From the NCBI RefSeq assembly GCF_037042905.1, contig NC_087256.1:19034001-19098000 (forward strand): a DNA stretch of 64,000 nucleotides. The letters run 5' to 3'. The translations under genes and the position numbers were made by a program. How positions within the stretch are numbered: position 1 is the stretch's first letter; the number at the start of each line of letters is the position of its first letter. This document shows, one piece after another, positions 12,209 to 23,191 of the stretch. The DNA comes from Lytechinus pictus (Eukaryota). The notes beneath the pieces are model-generated. The model ran no database searches. It was not told where the DNA came from and saw nothing but the letters and a program-made list of their open reading frames with translations.

Positions 12209-13034
12209 CTATTCATCAAGCAACTATCGCAGTCAAGACAAACCTGCGCCTGGGCCTACGCGTCCTGCACCAGGTCCTACACGCCCTGCACCTGGCGCTA
12301 CACGCCCTGCCCCTGTGAAACCTACGATACACCACACACATCTACACGACTCATCCAATGTCTTTAAATTCCCTCCTTCAAGTGCATCTTCAGCTGCTAT
12401 CACACCCGCACGACCAGCACCGGTACCGACAAGAACTCATGCAACACCTATAGTCCACCGGCCTGCACCGACAGTAGCGCCAGCTAAAAAACCAACTGCA
12501 AGTATAGCACCGTTGAAAGCAGTGCCCGCACCAAAACCAGCAAAGCCTCCTGTACCGTTAAACAAGCCTCCTAGCCCAGCTAAGAGTGCTCCTCAGGTAT
12601 CGGCGCCAGCTCCAAAAGCCATCAGAGTACCACCCAAACCTCCCTCTGTACCATCTAGTGCCAAACCACAATTCAGGTTACCACCTCCTATAGAATCTAA
12701 CACCGAGAAACCTACTGCACCGCCAGGACTACCCACAAAACCTGCCCTCAAGCCAACGGTGCCAAAGGTACCCCTAAGACCAACCCCTGTTACGAGGCCA
12801 AAACCAAACGTGAATCGAAACAATTCCACAGAACTTGACGAAAGCTCGAACTTTTCACCGACGAGTAAAGTCTCGGAACCCCCCGCAAGAGAGAAGTCGG
12901 TGCCAGTGCCAGATAAACCCCTTGTAGCTCTTAAACCAGTACCACCCAAAAAGCCAGCTGTACCAAACAAACCAAGTGTACCATCCAGGCCACCTGCTCT
13001 TAAACCACCTGTCAAGAAGGACCCTGTTGTATGA
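12209..13034 (+). CDS. ADAM terminal exon, Pro-rich cytoplasmic tail
   Basis: Acceptor cttttcag, phase 2 matching the TM exon, and in frame with ORF 12315..13034. Reads YSSSNYRSQDKPAPGPTRPAP...PPVKKDPVV* with many PxxP motifs, typical of meltrin-type ADAM tails. Confidence 0.88.
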
Positions 13035-13235
13035 CGATAGCATCTCAATGATGTAGGCTTTTATTAATTAATGAACACTTTATCATCGGTACTTTAGGTC
13101 TTTTCTATGATTCCAGTGTATTTAAGACGAATATTGTATGTTTTTCTCGGTTGTAAGATATTACTGCCTGTGTTGCGCAGAATGTCATTTCCATTATGGC
13201 AGAAATCTTTACAAACCTTTAGAGTATTGATTGAA

Positions 13236-13241
13236 AATAAA
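13236..13241 (+). terminator. Candidate polyadenylation signal for the ADAM gene
   Basis: AATAAA about 200 nt after the stop. Other AATAAA sites follow, so the site actually used is unknown. Confidence 0.3.
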
Positions 13242-16200
13242 TCAATACAAATTTTTGTGTGTGCAATAGATATTTGTCACCAAATGCCAGATAACAATGT
13301 TAAACATCATTAATAAAATATTGAAATTTACCTGCTTGGTTATATTCCATACCATAAAGCCTTTGATTTCTGCCATAATGGAATTGTCAAGATAACTCTG
13401 TTCTTTCATGTATGTGTATTTATGAAAAAAATCATGTTTTTCTGGTTTGTAAACCACTGTAAGTCGACATTTTGCAATGATTAAAGCATCTGCCTAAATG
13501 TTTCATGCTAGTTAGTTATCAAACCTTGTCTGATATTTTTGAAAATTCAAAAATATATTATTATATTTAATTATATTCCTTTTTATGTTAATAATTGTGA
13601 TGATAAATATAACAGCTTGGTATATTACCTGGTGCAAAGTCGTCATTAAGAAAACAGAAAATTGCCCAATATCCCTTTTTCACTTTCACTTCATATTCTG
13701 GTTGGTTTTAAAATCATGCGGGACTTTCCAAGGGACTTCTCTAAACATTCCCAAGAGGAAGAAATTACAGAATTCAGTAATCTGTTGATTTAATTAAGTA
13801 AAATTGTACATTTCACCCATTTTTGGTATATTACAGGGTATTCACAGTGAAGCGCACATCTCAACTTTTCCACCTCTCACATCTATTTTGTCCAAATTAA
13901 AATTCAATATTCGATGGAAAATTTCTGCGTGTGAAAAAAAAATAGGAAACCGAATACATGAAAATGTCAATGTGGTACATGCGCAGCAAAATCTGTGAAA
14001 CGAACAAGGTATGTAAATATAGTTATATTTAATTTATCTTAAATAAAAAAATGCTGTGATTTGATTATTTTTTTAATGATTTGAAAACAACAGCAACCTT
14101 ATTAAGTCCAATGCTCATCTTTATAACTGTAAGTTTACAAATTACTCTTTACACACTACTGGTGACCCTTCCTTGTTATTAATGATTCATCTCTACGTAG
14201 CCAACTTAACACTTAAGAACATGTTCCAGTTGTCCGTGAAGTTGTGCATAACTTTACGAGCAGCTTTATGAAACTCCACCCAGGTTGTATCATGCTGAAG
14301 CATGTTATCTATCTAAGAGACTTTTACATAAAGAGATGCAATTGATATTTATGATTGATTGTAACTATTTGTGCATGATTTGCCATTGACATACAATCAT
14401 GCTTGATTGAATCATTGATTGCATCTTTTGATATCACAGGGCCTAGCTGGTATTTGTGTGTGAGTAATGAATAACGGTAATATCTTGTGCTGAAACAATG
14501 TAAGACATTGAGGCTTTTGAATTAAATAGAACTGGAAAAACTGCCCTAAAATGCATTCAATAAACCAATTCTACAAACATAGCAAATTTTGGCTGCTGAG
14601 CTCAAAAAGTCATCTTGGAAAACAAAATCTTTGTCTGCTTTTGTGGTATTCTGTTGCCATGGCTTATCTTTAGAATGTTGTTCGTCCCTTTGCTGAAGTT
14701 TTGGAGGGGTGTATGAATACCTTGATTTAATGATATTTTGTTTTTCTGGGGTTAGGTTTGGGGATTGATAGGATTTTCTTTTCATGTAGAATGCAATTTA
14801 GTAAAATTGGGTGCCAAAAGTGGAGGAGACTTTTGGGCATTATGACAAATAAAAAATGGTCACTAATAATTTTCATCTTGTTTCATTGACCTAGTTAATG
14901 TTTTTAAAATATGCTTGAAACAATTTTGAGAATGATGAATGTATTTAAAAGTTAATACCACATATTAATACCACTGTCATCAGATTCAATCAGACTTGCC
15001 CATTCATCTAATACGCACATTTTCCACTCCCCGAGGAAGTTTTGAGGGTTTTTTTCAGATTTGAAGATTTATTTCATTTGTATTACCATTTTTATTATGT
15101 ACACTGTACAGTATATGCTTAATATCTGTTGAGTAATGTTATATTTTATATACATTTTGTTCATTCCGTTTTTTGCTGCTTTTCTTGTTATTTTCAGTAT
15201 CCTTGCTGGACAGGGTATATTTGTCTTCATTTTAGAAATGAAAACTGGCTTCATTTCTAGTAGGCCTCTACATCTCAGATATTTTTTTTTCCAACTCAAA
15301 ATGTATTTATAGTAAAATATAGATTTGTTTTCAATATTCATAGATATGATTCATCTAATGTGCTATGCTTACCACATGAACTTAGAAATATCCAGTCACC
15401 TATTTTTAATCAGTTTATTCACTTTTTTGTAATTTCCATATAAATCTTTTTGGTGGTATTAAGCATCTCTGCCAGATTGAACCCCTGTGTATTACTCACT
15501 AACTTACAAATTAAGATACTGGAAAAACTTTAAAATGTTTAACTTTATACTATCAGCTCCATGAATCATATTATTTATACAAGACATTATGTTGTAAGTA
15601 AGATATGTTCTTTAAAGTTATGTTTGTAACCCTTTGTTAACCGATTGTACTTTGGCCTTAGAGGTCTTGAAATGATAAGCCCAAGGATATCCTTGATCAT
15701 TATTAAAAGTAAGAGACAAACAAAATTATGTAAATAACATATACAAAGTCTTTGTATTTGTTCTCTACCCTTTGTTAAGATATTAGACCAAGGTTTGAAC
15801 GTTTTCATTCTTGAGAACTGGGCTAATTTAAAGAACTCAGTCATCCCAATATTGTTCCATTATTTATGTATTTCATGTATATGTCTTTGTTCTGTTCATA
15901 ACAGAAGGTACTATAGGAATGAAAGATGCATTTATACAAAAAAATCTGAACAGTTCCTTCGAAACATGTCACTAAATTTCTGGAATATATTTCAGTGATG
16001 ACTAATTTTTTACAATTAATGAATTTCACTCGCTCGAGATTTAACAAGTCTGTGGAGTTTCTGCAGATTTACTGTTGCTCTGTAAAAGCTATCAGAAAAT
16101 TTTGTTGAGATATCTGAAATGTAATATGTTGTGTCGAGAAACCATAGTGAATATGTATGGTTCGTAATGTGATAATATGAACATCTCATTGATAAATTGT

Positions 16201-16990
16201 TGCAATTATGTGATGGGAAGTGGAGAATAAAGCATTTTATATTTAACAAAATTACGGAAAGTGGTTTATCTTGGTTATAGTTTTTGGAGCCGTATCTCTG
16301 TGAGGTCACTGGTTACCATGGAGTATTATTTTGAGTGGAGAGAGATGAACAGAAAGAAAAGGTAAACAAAATTAGATGAAAAGAGTGATATATATGAGAA
16401 AGAGGAAGGAGGGATATCAAACAAGAAAGTGGAGAAAAATGGGAAGTTATGAAATAGAGCCAAAAATAAGGGGGGGGGAAGGAAGAGGGAGAGAGGGCAA
16501 AGGGGTGGAAGAAGGATAGAGTGAGGATTAGAGGACATAATATAAAAATGTCCCCATCTATTGCCTCATTTAAACGAAAGTATAAAATGCATCTCATGAA
16601 GGAATCTTAAGTACTTTATAATTTACTCATCACAATCCAGACATAAATGTACCCCCCCCCCCCTCTGCTGGCTCCCCCATATTCTTGGTATTTGTATTCA
16701 TATGTTTTCTTTTGTAAATATTTGATTGCATTTGAATGTTTTTTTACCAGAAATGGAAATAAATGAAATGAATGAAATGAAATGAAATAAAGGGTGTGAA
16801 AGTGGCAGGGAGAAAAGGCAATGTGGAAAGAGAAAGAGAGAGTGAATATCTGATATGGAGGCCTATGTAGAAAGCACCGGATGATTGATCTTTTATAAGT
16901 GGCACTTTCATCATCAAAATGACTTTACATGCAACGGCATTACCAGGACCAAGTAATACAGACAGATCAATACTGAAACTTGACCTCACC

Positions 16991-17289
16991 CAGTGGCGTA
17001 CCTAGGATTTTCCACAGGGGGGGGGGGGGGCAAATTCGTCCGCCAAAAAATTTGGCAAACAAAAACAAAAAAGTCTTCAACCACAAATAAAGGATTTCGT
17101 ACCAGAAAAAGATTTGACAAGCACAAAAAAAAAGGTCTTCAACCACAAATTAAGGATTTCGTACCAGAAAAAAATTTGGGAAAAAAAAGGTCTTCAAGAC
17201 TCGTCAGGGGGGGGGGGGACAGGGATATGTCCCCTGCATGGGTTGTGACTCGTCAGGGGGGCAGTCTGCCCCCCGTAGGTACGCTAGTG
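16991..17289. mobile_element. hAT-like MITE
   Basis: Exact 8-bp TSD ACCTCACC and TIR CAGTGGCGTACCT / AGGTACGCTAGTG. Contains an internal tandem repeat of about 62 bp and poly-G tracts. Confidence 0.85.
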
Positions 17290-18404
17290 ACCTCACCCCA
17301 TTATCTTACCCCTATATATAATATACCTACCATCCTATTAAAAGATGACACTCGTGCTACTCACTTCTTAGTCTGGATATCCGATTATGTGTCCAGGGGT
17401 CAAGGCCATATTAATTTGTTTATGGTGACTCACCGTCACCGATCAATCCAAAATCTATTTGACAAAGAACTAACAAGTTTTGTTACAGATACTTCACGTC
17501 CCTGTGCCAACAATGCCGTGTCAACAGTAGGGATATGAAGAAGCAATAAAGGGATACAGGCTATAGGCTACCAAAATAATTCCACGCATGCTTCTTTCTG
17601 TAAGACCCATGGCTCCAACCAGTTAATCGAAAATTAAACGATAGGCTAATTTGCATTTTCATTTATTAAAACTATAGGTCGGGCAACTCACAAACACTTA
17701 TGTTGCCAAGAACAGTCATTCGATCATGAAAGTTCATCTGTGTTGGTAAAAGATAACGATATTGTTGAACTTTGGTTCACAACACAAAAAACAGAAAATA
17801 ACGAAGAGTTACCTCGAAATTTTCGGCTGCTAACTGCAACCTTCATCAGCGATGTGACCCGATTTGACCTTAGTGACGTAATGGTCGATGGTCGGGTCGT
17901 AGACATTCGGAAGCTTGTATCGCCCCCGTCTCTGTTGAGAGAAGGTCTGAACTCCCGGATGTCATTGTTGTCATTGTTTAAAAAAAAAGGGAGATTCAAG
18001 ATGAAATATTTATCTTCAACAAGAGCAAAAACTCGACACAGGGTACTGGCATTGTGAGCCTAGGAAATAACATCGGTTGGAAGAGAGAGAGAGAGGGGGG
18101 GGGTATTGCTACGCAAGCAAACTAAAAAAGGTGAATGTCGAAACTTAAAGTGAAAACAACAAAATATTGAGTCTCATCTGATAGTATGGCTGATCTGGAA
18201 GAGAGTGACGCCTTCGTTCCCCAAATTTGTATTTACAAGTAGGTCTTATTGTTATACTGCCTGTTAATTTTGCTATCACATATTAGTAAAAAGTAAAAAA
18301 AAAGATGAGTTTCTGATCAGCACCATCAATGTAGATGCATCTCACTTTAAGCTAACCACCGTCTATTTGACAGCCCGATCTATCATTACTTTTTTCTACT
18401 ATGC

Positions 18405-18672
18405 ATAGCGCCACCTGTGTAAATTCCCATGAAAGGGGCGTGGTCATTTTCGCTGATAATTCAATGCATTGAGGTCATTTCCGCGAACGATAGCCAGGCA
18501 ATGGGTATCGTGTCGTCTGCAAATCAGAGATGTTAATGAATGCACTGACGTAGCTAGCAGACGACTTTTAGCCATCAGCGCAAAGACCGGTTGAACGAGA
18601 GAGACACAAGCGAGCATCACTTCTACATTGCATGACCGCATTATGAGCAACGTACGACTGTAAAAATGGCGG
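18405..18672 (+). promoter_or_regulatory. Candidate proximal promoter of the TRIM-NHL gene
   Basis: CpG-enriched stretch with a CTCF-like GCGCCACCTG (18408-18417), an Sp/KLF box GGGGCGTGG (18435-18443) and a YY1-type AAAATGGCGGC overlapping the ATG. Confidence 0.45.
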
Positions 18673-20753
18673 CATCACTTTCACAGCTCTCTGTTCTCAG
18701 TCAAATCAGTGAAGAATTCCTTCTTTGTCAAGTTTGTTTCGAACGATTTAGCAAACCGAAAGTCTTGCCCTGTCTTCATAGCTTTTGTGAAGCATGTTTA
18801 TTGAGATACGCTCCAGATGGAAGTCACACAATCAGATGTCCTCTATGCCGGCAGGAATCGGAACTCCCTGAAAATGGCGTCTCCGGGCTGGCTGATAATT
18901 TCTTCATACTGAATCTATCGGATGTATTTACACCGCGCAAGGATGAAGGGCCGAGGAGGAAAGCTGTTTGCACCATATGCGTCGGTCAAAACCCTGCTGA
19001 AGCTCACTACAGATGCTTGGAATGTGTCGACTTTTTATGTGATGATTGTGCACCATCTCACGATCACCGAATCGCCCGTTTCACTCGAAAGCATCACATC
19101 ATATCCGTTCCCGCTTCTGAGAATAAAAAGCTTCTCAAACGCGAGATCATCTGCTCGAAGCATCAGTCCGAAGCGGTCCGGTTCTACTGCGAATCCTGCA
19201 CCGTTCCCATCTGCCGAGAATGTATACTAATCGAACATAAGGATCACTCCCATACATTTCTTCAAGATGAGGTGACCCGACATAAAAACACCATCGATAG
19301 TCTGATGAAGAATGTTCGAGATCGAATCGCAACGTTCGAGGAGGCTCTTCGGGGAGTGGATGAAGTGGAGGCTCAGCTTGAGGCAAATCGTGGTCAGGCT
19401 GAGTATGTCATAGAGAGGACTCTCCAAGATATCATGTCGCTGTTACGTAAGCAACAGCAGGAACTAGGACACAGGTTAGCAAGAATTTGTCAAGGTAGAA
19501 AGCAGCAGCTAGTCGCCCACCGCAGGAGTTTACAATCTGGACTAGATAACCTTCTTAGTGGGTTTGACTTCACCGAGAAGGCTCTTGGACATGGATCCGA
19601 GTTGGACATTCTGTCGATCAAGGATCAGGTTATTGAAAGATTACAAGGACTAGCCGTGGTTTCTCCTCAACAAGACTTTACAATGGAGCAATTGAGTAAC
19701 CTGTATTTTGAGGCAAAGGAAAGTGCCGTTGACCACTCCCTCCCCCAGCTAGGTGAAATCAAATGTGGTGATAAGACTTTCAGTGAACTCTCCCAGGCCA
19801 CTGATACCAGATCTATATGTTCCATCGATTCAGCTGAACTTGACGACAGTTCTTTATCTGAATGTGCTCCCAAATCACCAAAGAGAACTGCTAAAGAGTC
19901 CGTGCTGAAGAAACCCCAGATATTATTCCACCTGAAAGATGAAACAGACGAAGCTGGAGAGTTCGACTGGCCAAGTGGTGTTGCTTCTACTGCTGATGGT
20001 GAGTACACAGCCATAGTGGATCGCGACAATGACCGTATCCAAGTTTACAATCACAAGGGAAGGTTTGAGTGTAAGTTCGGCTCGAGAGGGCGCCAGCCAT
20101 GTCAGTTTGAGCTTCCTTTGGACATTGCCATTACAGCAGGTGATGACCCATGTGTGTATGTAACCGATGAATACAACCACCGTGTCCAGAAGCTGACCTT
20201 GTATGGCCAGTACATCCTCCACTTCGGTGACAACGGCCTCTTTAAGCAGCCATATGGAATAGCTCTCGCCGAAGATGGGCGCGTGGTGGTCACTGACATT
20301 GGGAAACACCGCATCACCATCCACGATCCTGACGGAAATCTCATCAGTTCCTTTGGTTCTCGTGGTGACGCCGACAACCAGTTTAACGAACCTCGCTACG
20401 TCGCCATCAGCAACAACCGTATCATTGTTTCCGACCATTGCAACCACTGCATCAAGATCTTCGACTTCAAAGGCACCCACCTACACACCTTTGGATCATG
20501 TGGCTCTGGTAATGGACAATTCATCGGTCCCACTGGAGTCTGTACCGACCAAGAAGGTAACATTCTGGTGGCTGATTGTGCCGACAGGCTACAGTTGTTC
20601 TCTCCTGAAGGAATGTTTATCCGTCATCTTCTGAATGAGTCTGATGGTCTAAGTGGGCCTCTTGGTATGGCTATGGCATCAAGTGGAGAGCTTGTAATCA
20701 CTAATCTTGGTACTCACTGTGTTAACATGTTTAGGTATTCAAGCTGGGTTTGA
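18666..20753 (+). CDS. Intronless TRIM-NHL E3 ubiquitin ligase (TRIM2/TRIM3/TRIM71-like family)
   Basis: 695-aa ORF with a good start context (aaaATGg). Contains a C3HC4 RING (CQVC...CLHSFCEAC...CPLC), B-box1 (CTIC...CLEC...CDDC...H), B-box2 (CSKH...CESC...CREC...H..H), a coiled coil and six NHL repeats. The N-terminus closely resembles TRIM2/3 (PKVLPCLH.FC, NFFI.NL.DV). Confidence 0.96.
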   Translation: MAASLSQLSVLSQISEEFLLCQVCFERFSKPKVLPCLHSFCEACLLRYAPDGSHTIRCPLCRQESELPENGVSGLADNFFILNLSDVFTPRKDEGPRRKAVCTICVGQNPAEAHYRCLECVDFLCDDCAPSHDHRIARFTRKHHIISVPASENKKLLKREIICSKHQSEAVRFYCESCTVPICRECILIEHKDHSHTFLQDEVTRHKNTIDSLMKNVRDRIATFEEALRGVDEVEAQLEANRGQAEYVIERTLQDIMSLLRKQQQELGHRLARICQGRKQQLVAHRRSLQSGLDNLLSGFDFTEKALGHGSELDILSIKDQVIERLQGLAVVSPQQDFTMEQLSNLYFEAKESAVDHSLPQLGEIKCGDKTFSELSQATDTRSICSIDSAELDDSSLSECAPKSPKRTAKESVLKKPQILFHLKDETDEAGEFDWPSGVASTADGEYTAIVDRDNDRIQVYNHKGRFECKFGSRGRQPCQFELPLDIAITAGDDPCVYVTDEYNHRVQKLTLYGQYILHFGDNGLFKQPYGIALAEDGRVVVTDIGKHRITIHDPDGNLISSFGSRGDADNQFNEPRYVAISNNRIIVSDHCNHCIKIFDFKGTHLHTFGSCGSGNGQFIGPTGVCTDQEGNILVADCADRLQLFSPEGMFIRHLLNESDGLSGPLGMAMASSGELVITNLGTHCVNMFRYSSWV

Positions 20754-21068
20754 AGTAAACATTCCCATGATTATCTATCACAAAAACGCACTTAACATGC
20801 TTAATCATTAGTCTCAGTAAGAAAACAAATATATACACCATATGTGACTGGTAAGAATTTATGCCACTGCTGTTTGCCACCAGATGTAATGCAGCAAAAT
20901 ATAATAACTCCACGTTCATACCTAAAAAAGTTTGACATTGTGCATGAGCATATTGAGGAAATTGAGGTAATGATCACCATTTTTTAGAAACAGAATTATT
21001 TTGGAAGGAAAAAAGCAGACATAAAATTTCGCAACTTTTTAATCAAAGGGGACGCAAATTACCGGTAC

Positions 21069-21074
21069 AATAAA
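21069..21074 (+). terminator. Candidate polyadenylation signal for the TRIM-NHL gene
   Basis: AATAAA about 315 nt downstream of the stop codon. Confidence 0.35.
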
Positions 21075-21546
21075 ATATCACAGAGTCAGTAAATTGGGGC
21101 ACAAAGAGATGTTAGAGAAAACAATTAGAAAAATAATGAACATTATAAGGATTACATTGAAGTTTTGATGCGAAATCCAAATGAATGTACGATATGTCAA
21201 CCTGACACCATATCAACATTATGGGTGCTTTGTTCACGATAACCGCTTTGCAAGCTGGTTAAAAAATAGGAACAGAGGTACTTGTAAATTAATTAAACAA
21301 ATATGAAATATTTGTTACTTTAATTTTTATTTGGCAGATATATTATAAATGAATTATTTTTTCAAAGCTTTTATAAAATCGAAGTTTGTTTAACAAATAT
21401 TTTTTTCTTAGAATATCAATGTTCAATTATTTATTAGTTTTCATATTTACGCAACCAAAATACATTTTATTTACTTATGTCGTTTTTAAAATCAATTTTA
21501 CTGTTGTATTCACGCGGCTGCGTGGATTTTTTTGTTATATACTGTT

Positions 21547-21548
<2 letters not shown>

Positions 21549-21614
<66 letters not shown>
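21549..21614. repeat. Compound microsatellite (TC)n(AT)n
   Basis: Directly visible in the sequence. Confidence 0.95.
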
Positions 21615-21619
<5 letters not shown>

Positions 21620-22944
21620 TCTCCCTCTCTCTTTCTTGATGGTGATACGTCTATCTTGTCATGGGTCACCTTGACTACAATTAAGCAAACTTTAAGATAC
21701 CAACTAAATTTAGACTATATGAACAGATTAACGCAAGTAAATTATGATAATCCAAATAAAGACCCAAACATTGTATGGAATAAATTGAATATGCGTCATT
21801 ATTAGGATAATATCGACATTTGGTGTTGGATCTGTAGTTTCGCGATTTTTGCAGAGAATATTATTATCTGATATTACGAGGTTAACCACGGCTGTTTGGG
21901 GGATTAAGTGATTGAAAGATCATTCCCTGGGATTCCTTTGTGAAAAATCAATAATACTCTGCGCATTATTAAGAAAGGAAAACGAGTTTATGTATTTCTT
22001 CTTTTTTTAATCATTCAGGAAATTATAATGAGAAAGTAAGATGGAAGGTTTAAGGTTCACTGAAATGTCATTTTGTAAAAAATGAAAAATAAATAACTAC
22101 TAAATCTGGTTATAATTATGATACCCCAGGTCATTATAAAAAAAACATATTATACAGGCACATTACATCGACGACTCCTTTACGCCAATAAATATGGAAA
22201 TTATTTGAATACAAACACTCATCGGTGTAGAATACATCGCTGGTTTACAAAATGACTAATTTGTATGTGACTAATAATAATGACCTTGCTTCAACGGCAT
22301 GTATTGCAAAATAACAATTTAACATAATATTGTCCTTTTGTGTGCCATTATAAGAGATATATCTATGTCCTCGTACTTCTTGCAGGGCAATTCACACTAC
22401 TGCTTTTAATAGTGGCAATCAAAAGTCCATGTCACACAGTTTGCTTTTATTTTGCGTTATACACATACTCTATACAGCTGCATAAAAGAACTAAATATAT
22501 CACCGTGTGAACACGCCTTGTACATCAGTGTCAAAGTCAATACGTTATGACTGGATGCTTTATTTACAGTACACGGTCAAAAAGAATGAATTATTGAATG
22601 GAAATTTTCCGTGATATTATTCATTCCATGCTGATCTCATCTCGGGCAAACATTCGTCATATTCATGTTTACAGGATTGTATTTTGGGGCATGTGGAGAT
22701 TACATTTATGAATGAGAGGAAGCTATTCATTATGTTATAAGCTGTTAGTCAAAGACAGGTCATTTTCATTTCAAACGCCTTTATGCTTTGCTGGAAGCCA
22801 TGCATGACAATTGTAATGTATTTGCTTTCACGATATTGTTCTTTCGAGCGCAAATTATAAAGTGTAGAAATTCTTCTTGCTGCCTAAAATAAAAAGTAGA
22901 CTCGGTGTGAACATTGTAACAACATAAAACTTGGATTATTTGGA

Positions 22945-23191
22945 CACTCTAAAAAATATTGGGTACAAGTGTGTTTCCAACCAACATTGGGCATTTCTTT
23001 TGGGCATTTTTATCTATCCAGCGTGATGGAAATTTTGCCCATTGTAAAGTAATTTCTGCTTGTTTTTTAACCTTACTGGACAATATGCTTCCCGCATTGA
23101 GTAAAATACTGCCCCCAAACTGGTTGGACAGGACACATAATTACCTTCTATTCGTGGTGGTAAAATTATTACCCAATATTTTTTTACAGTG
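22945..23191. mobile_element. CACT-ended MITE (EnSpm/CACTA-like)
   Basis: TIR CACTCTAAAAAATATTGGGTA / TACCCAATATTTTTTTACAGTG and a 2-bp TSD GA. A related copy lies at about 52645-52860. Confidence 0.7.

Noticed and set aside
13023-13031. C-terminal PVV as a PDZ-binding motif
   Set aside because: Pro at position -2 does not fit the canonical classes well, so the evidence is insufficient.
12593-13048. 151-aa antisense ORF over the ADAM tail
   Set aside because: Gly-rich mirror of Pro codons on the sense strand, with no independent evidence.
16993-17538. 181-aa ORF
   Set aside because: Begins inside a hAT-like MITE with poly-G and poly-A runs, has a non-ATG start and no domain.
19667-20480. 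Antisense ORFs of 120 and 185 aa within TRIM-NHL
   Set aside because: Shadow ORFs expected opposite a real coding frame.
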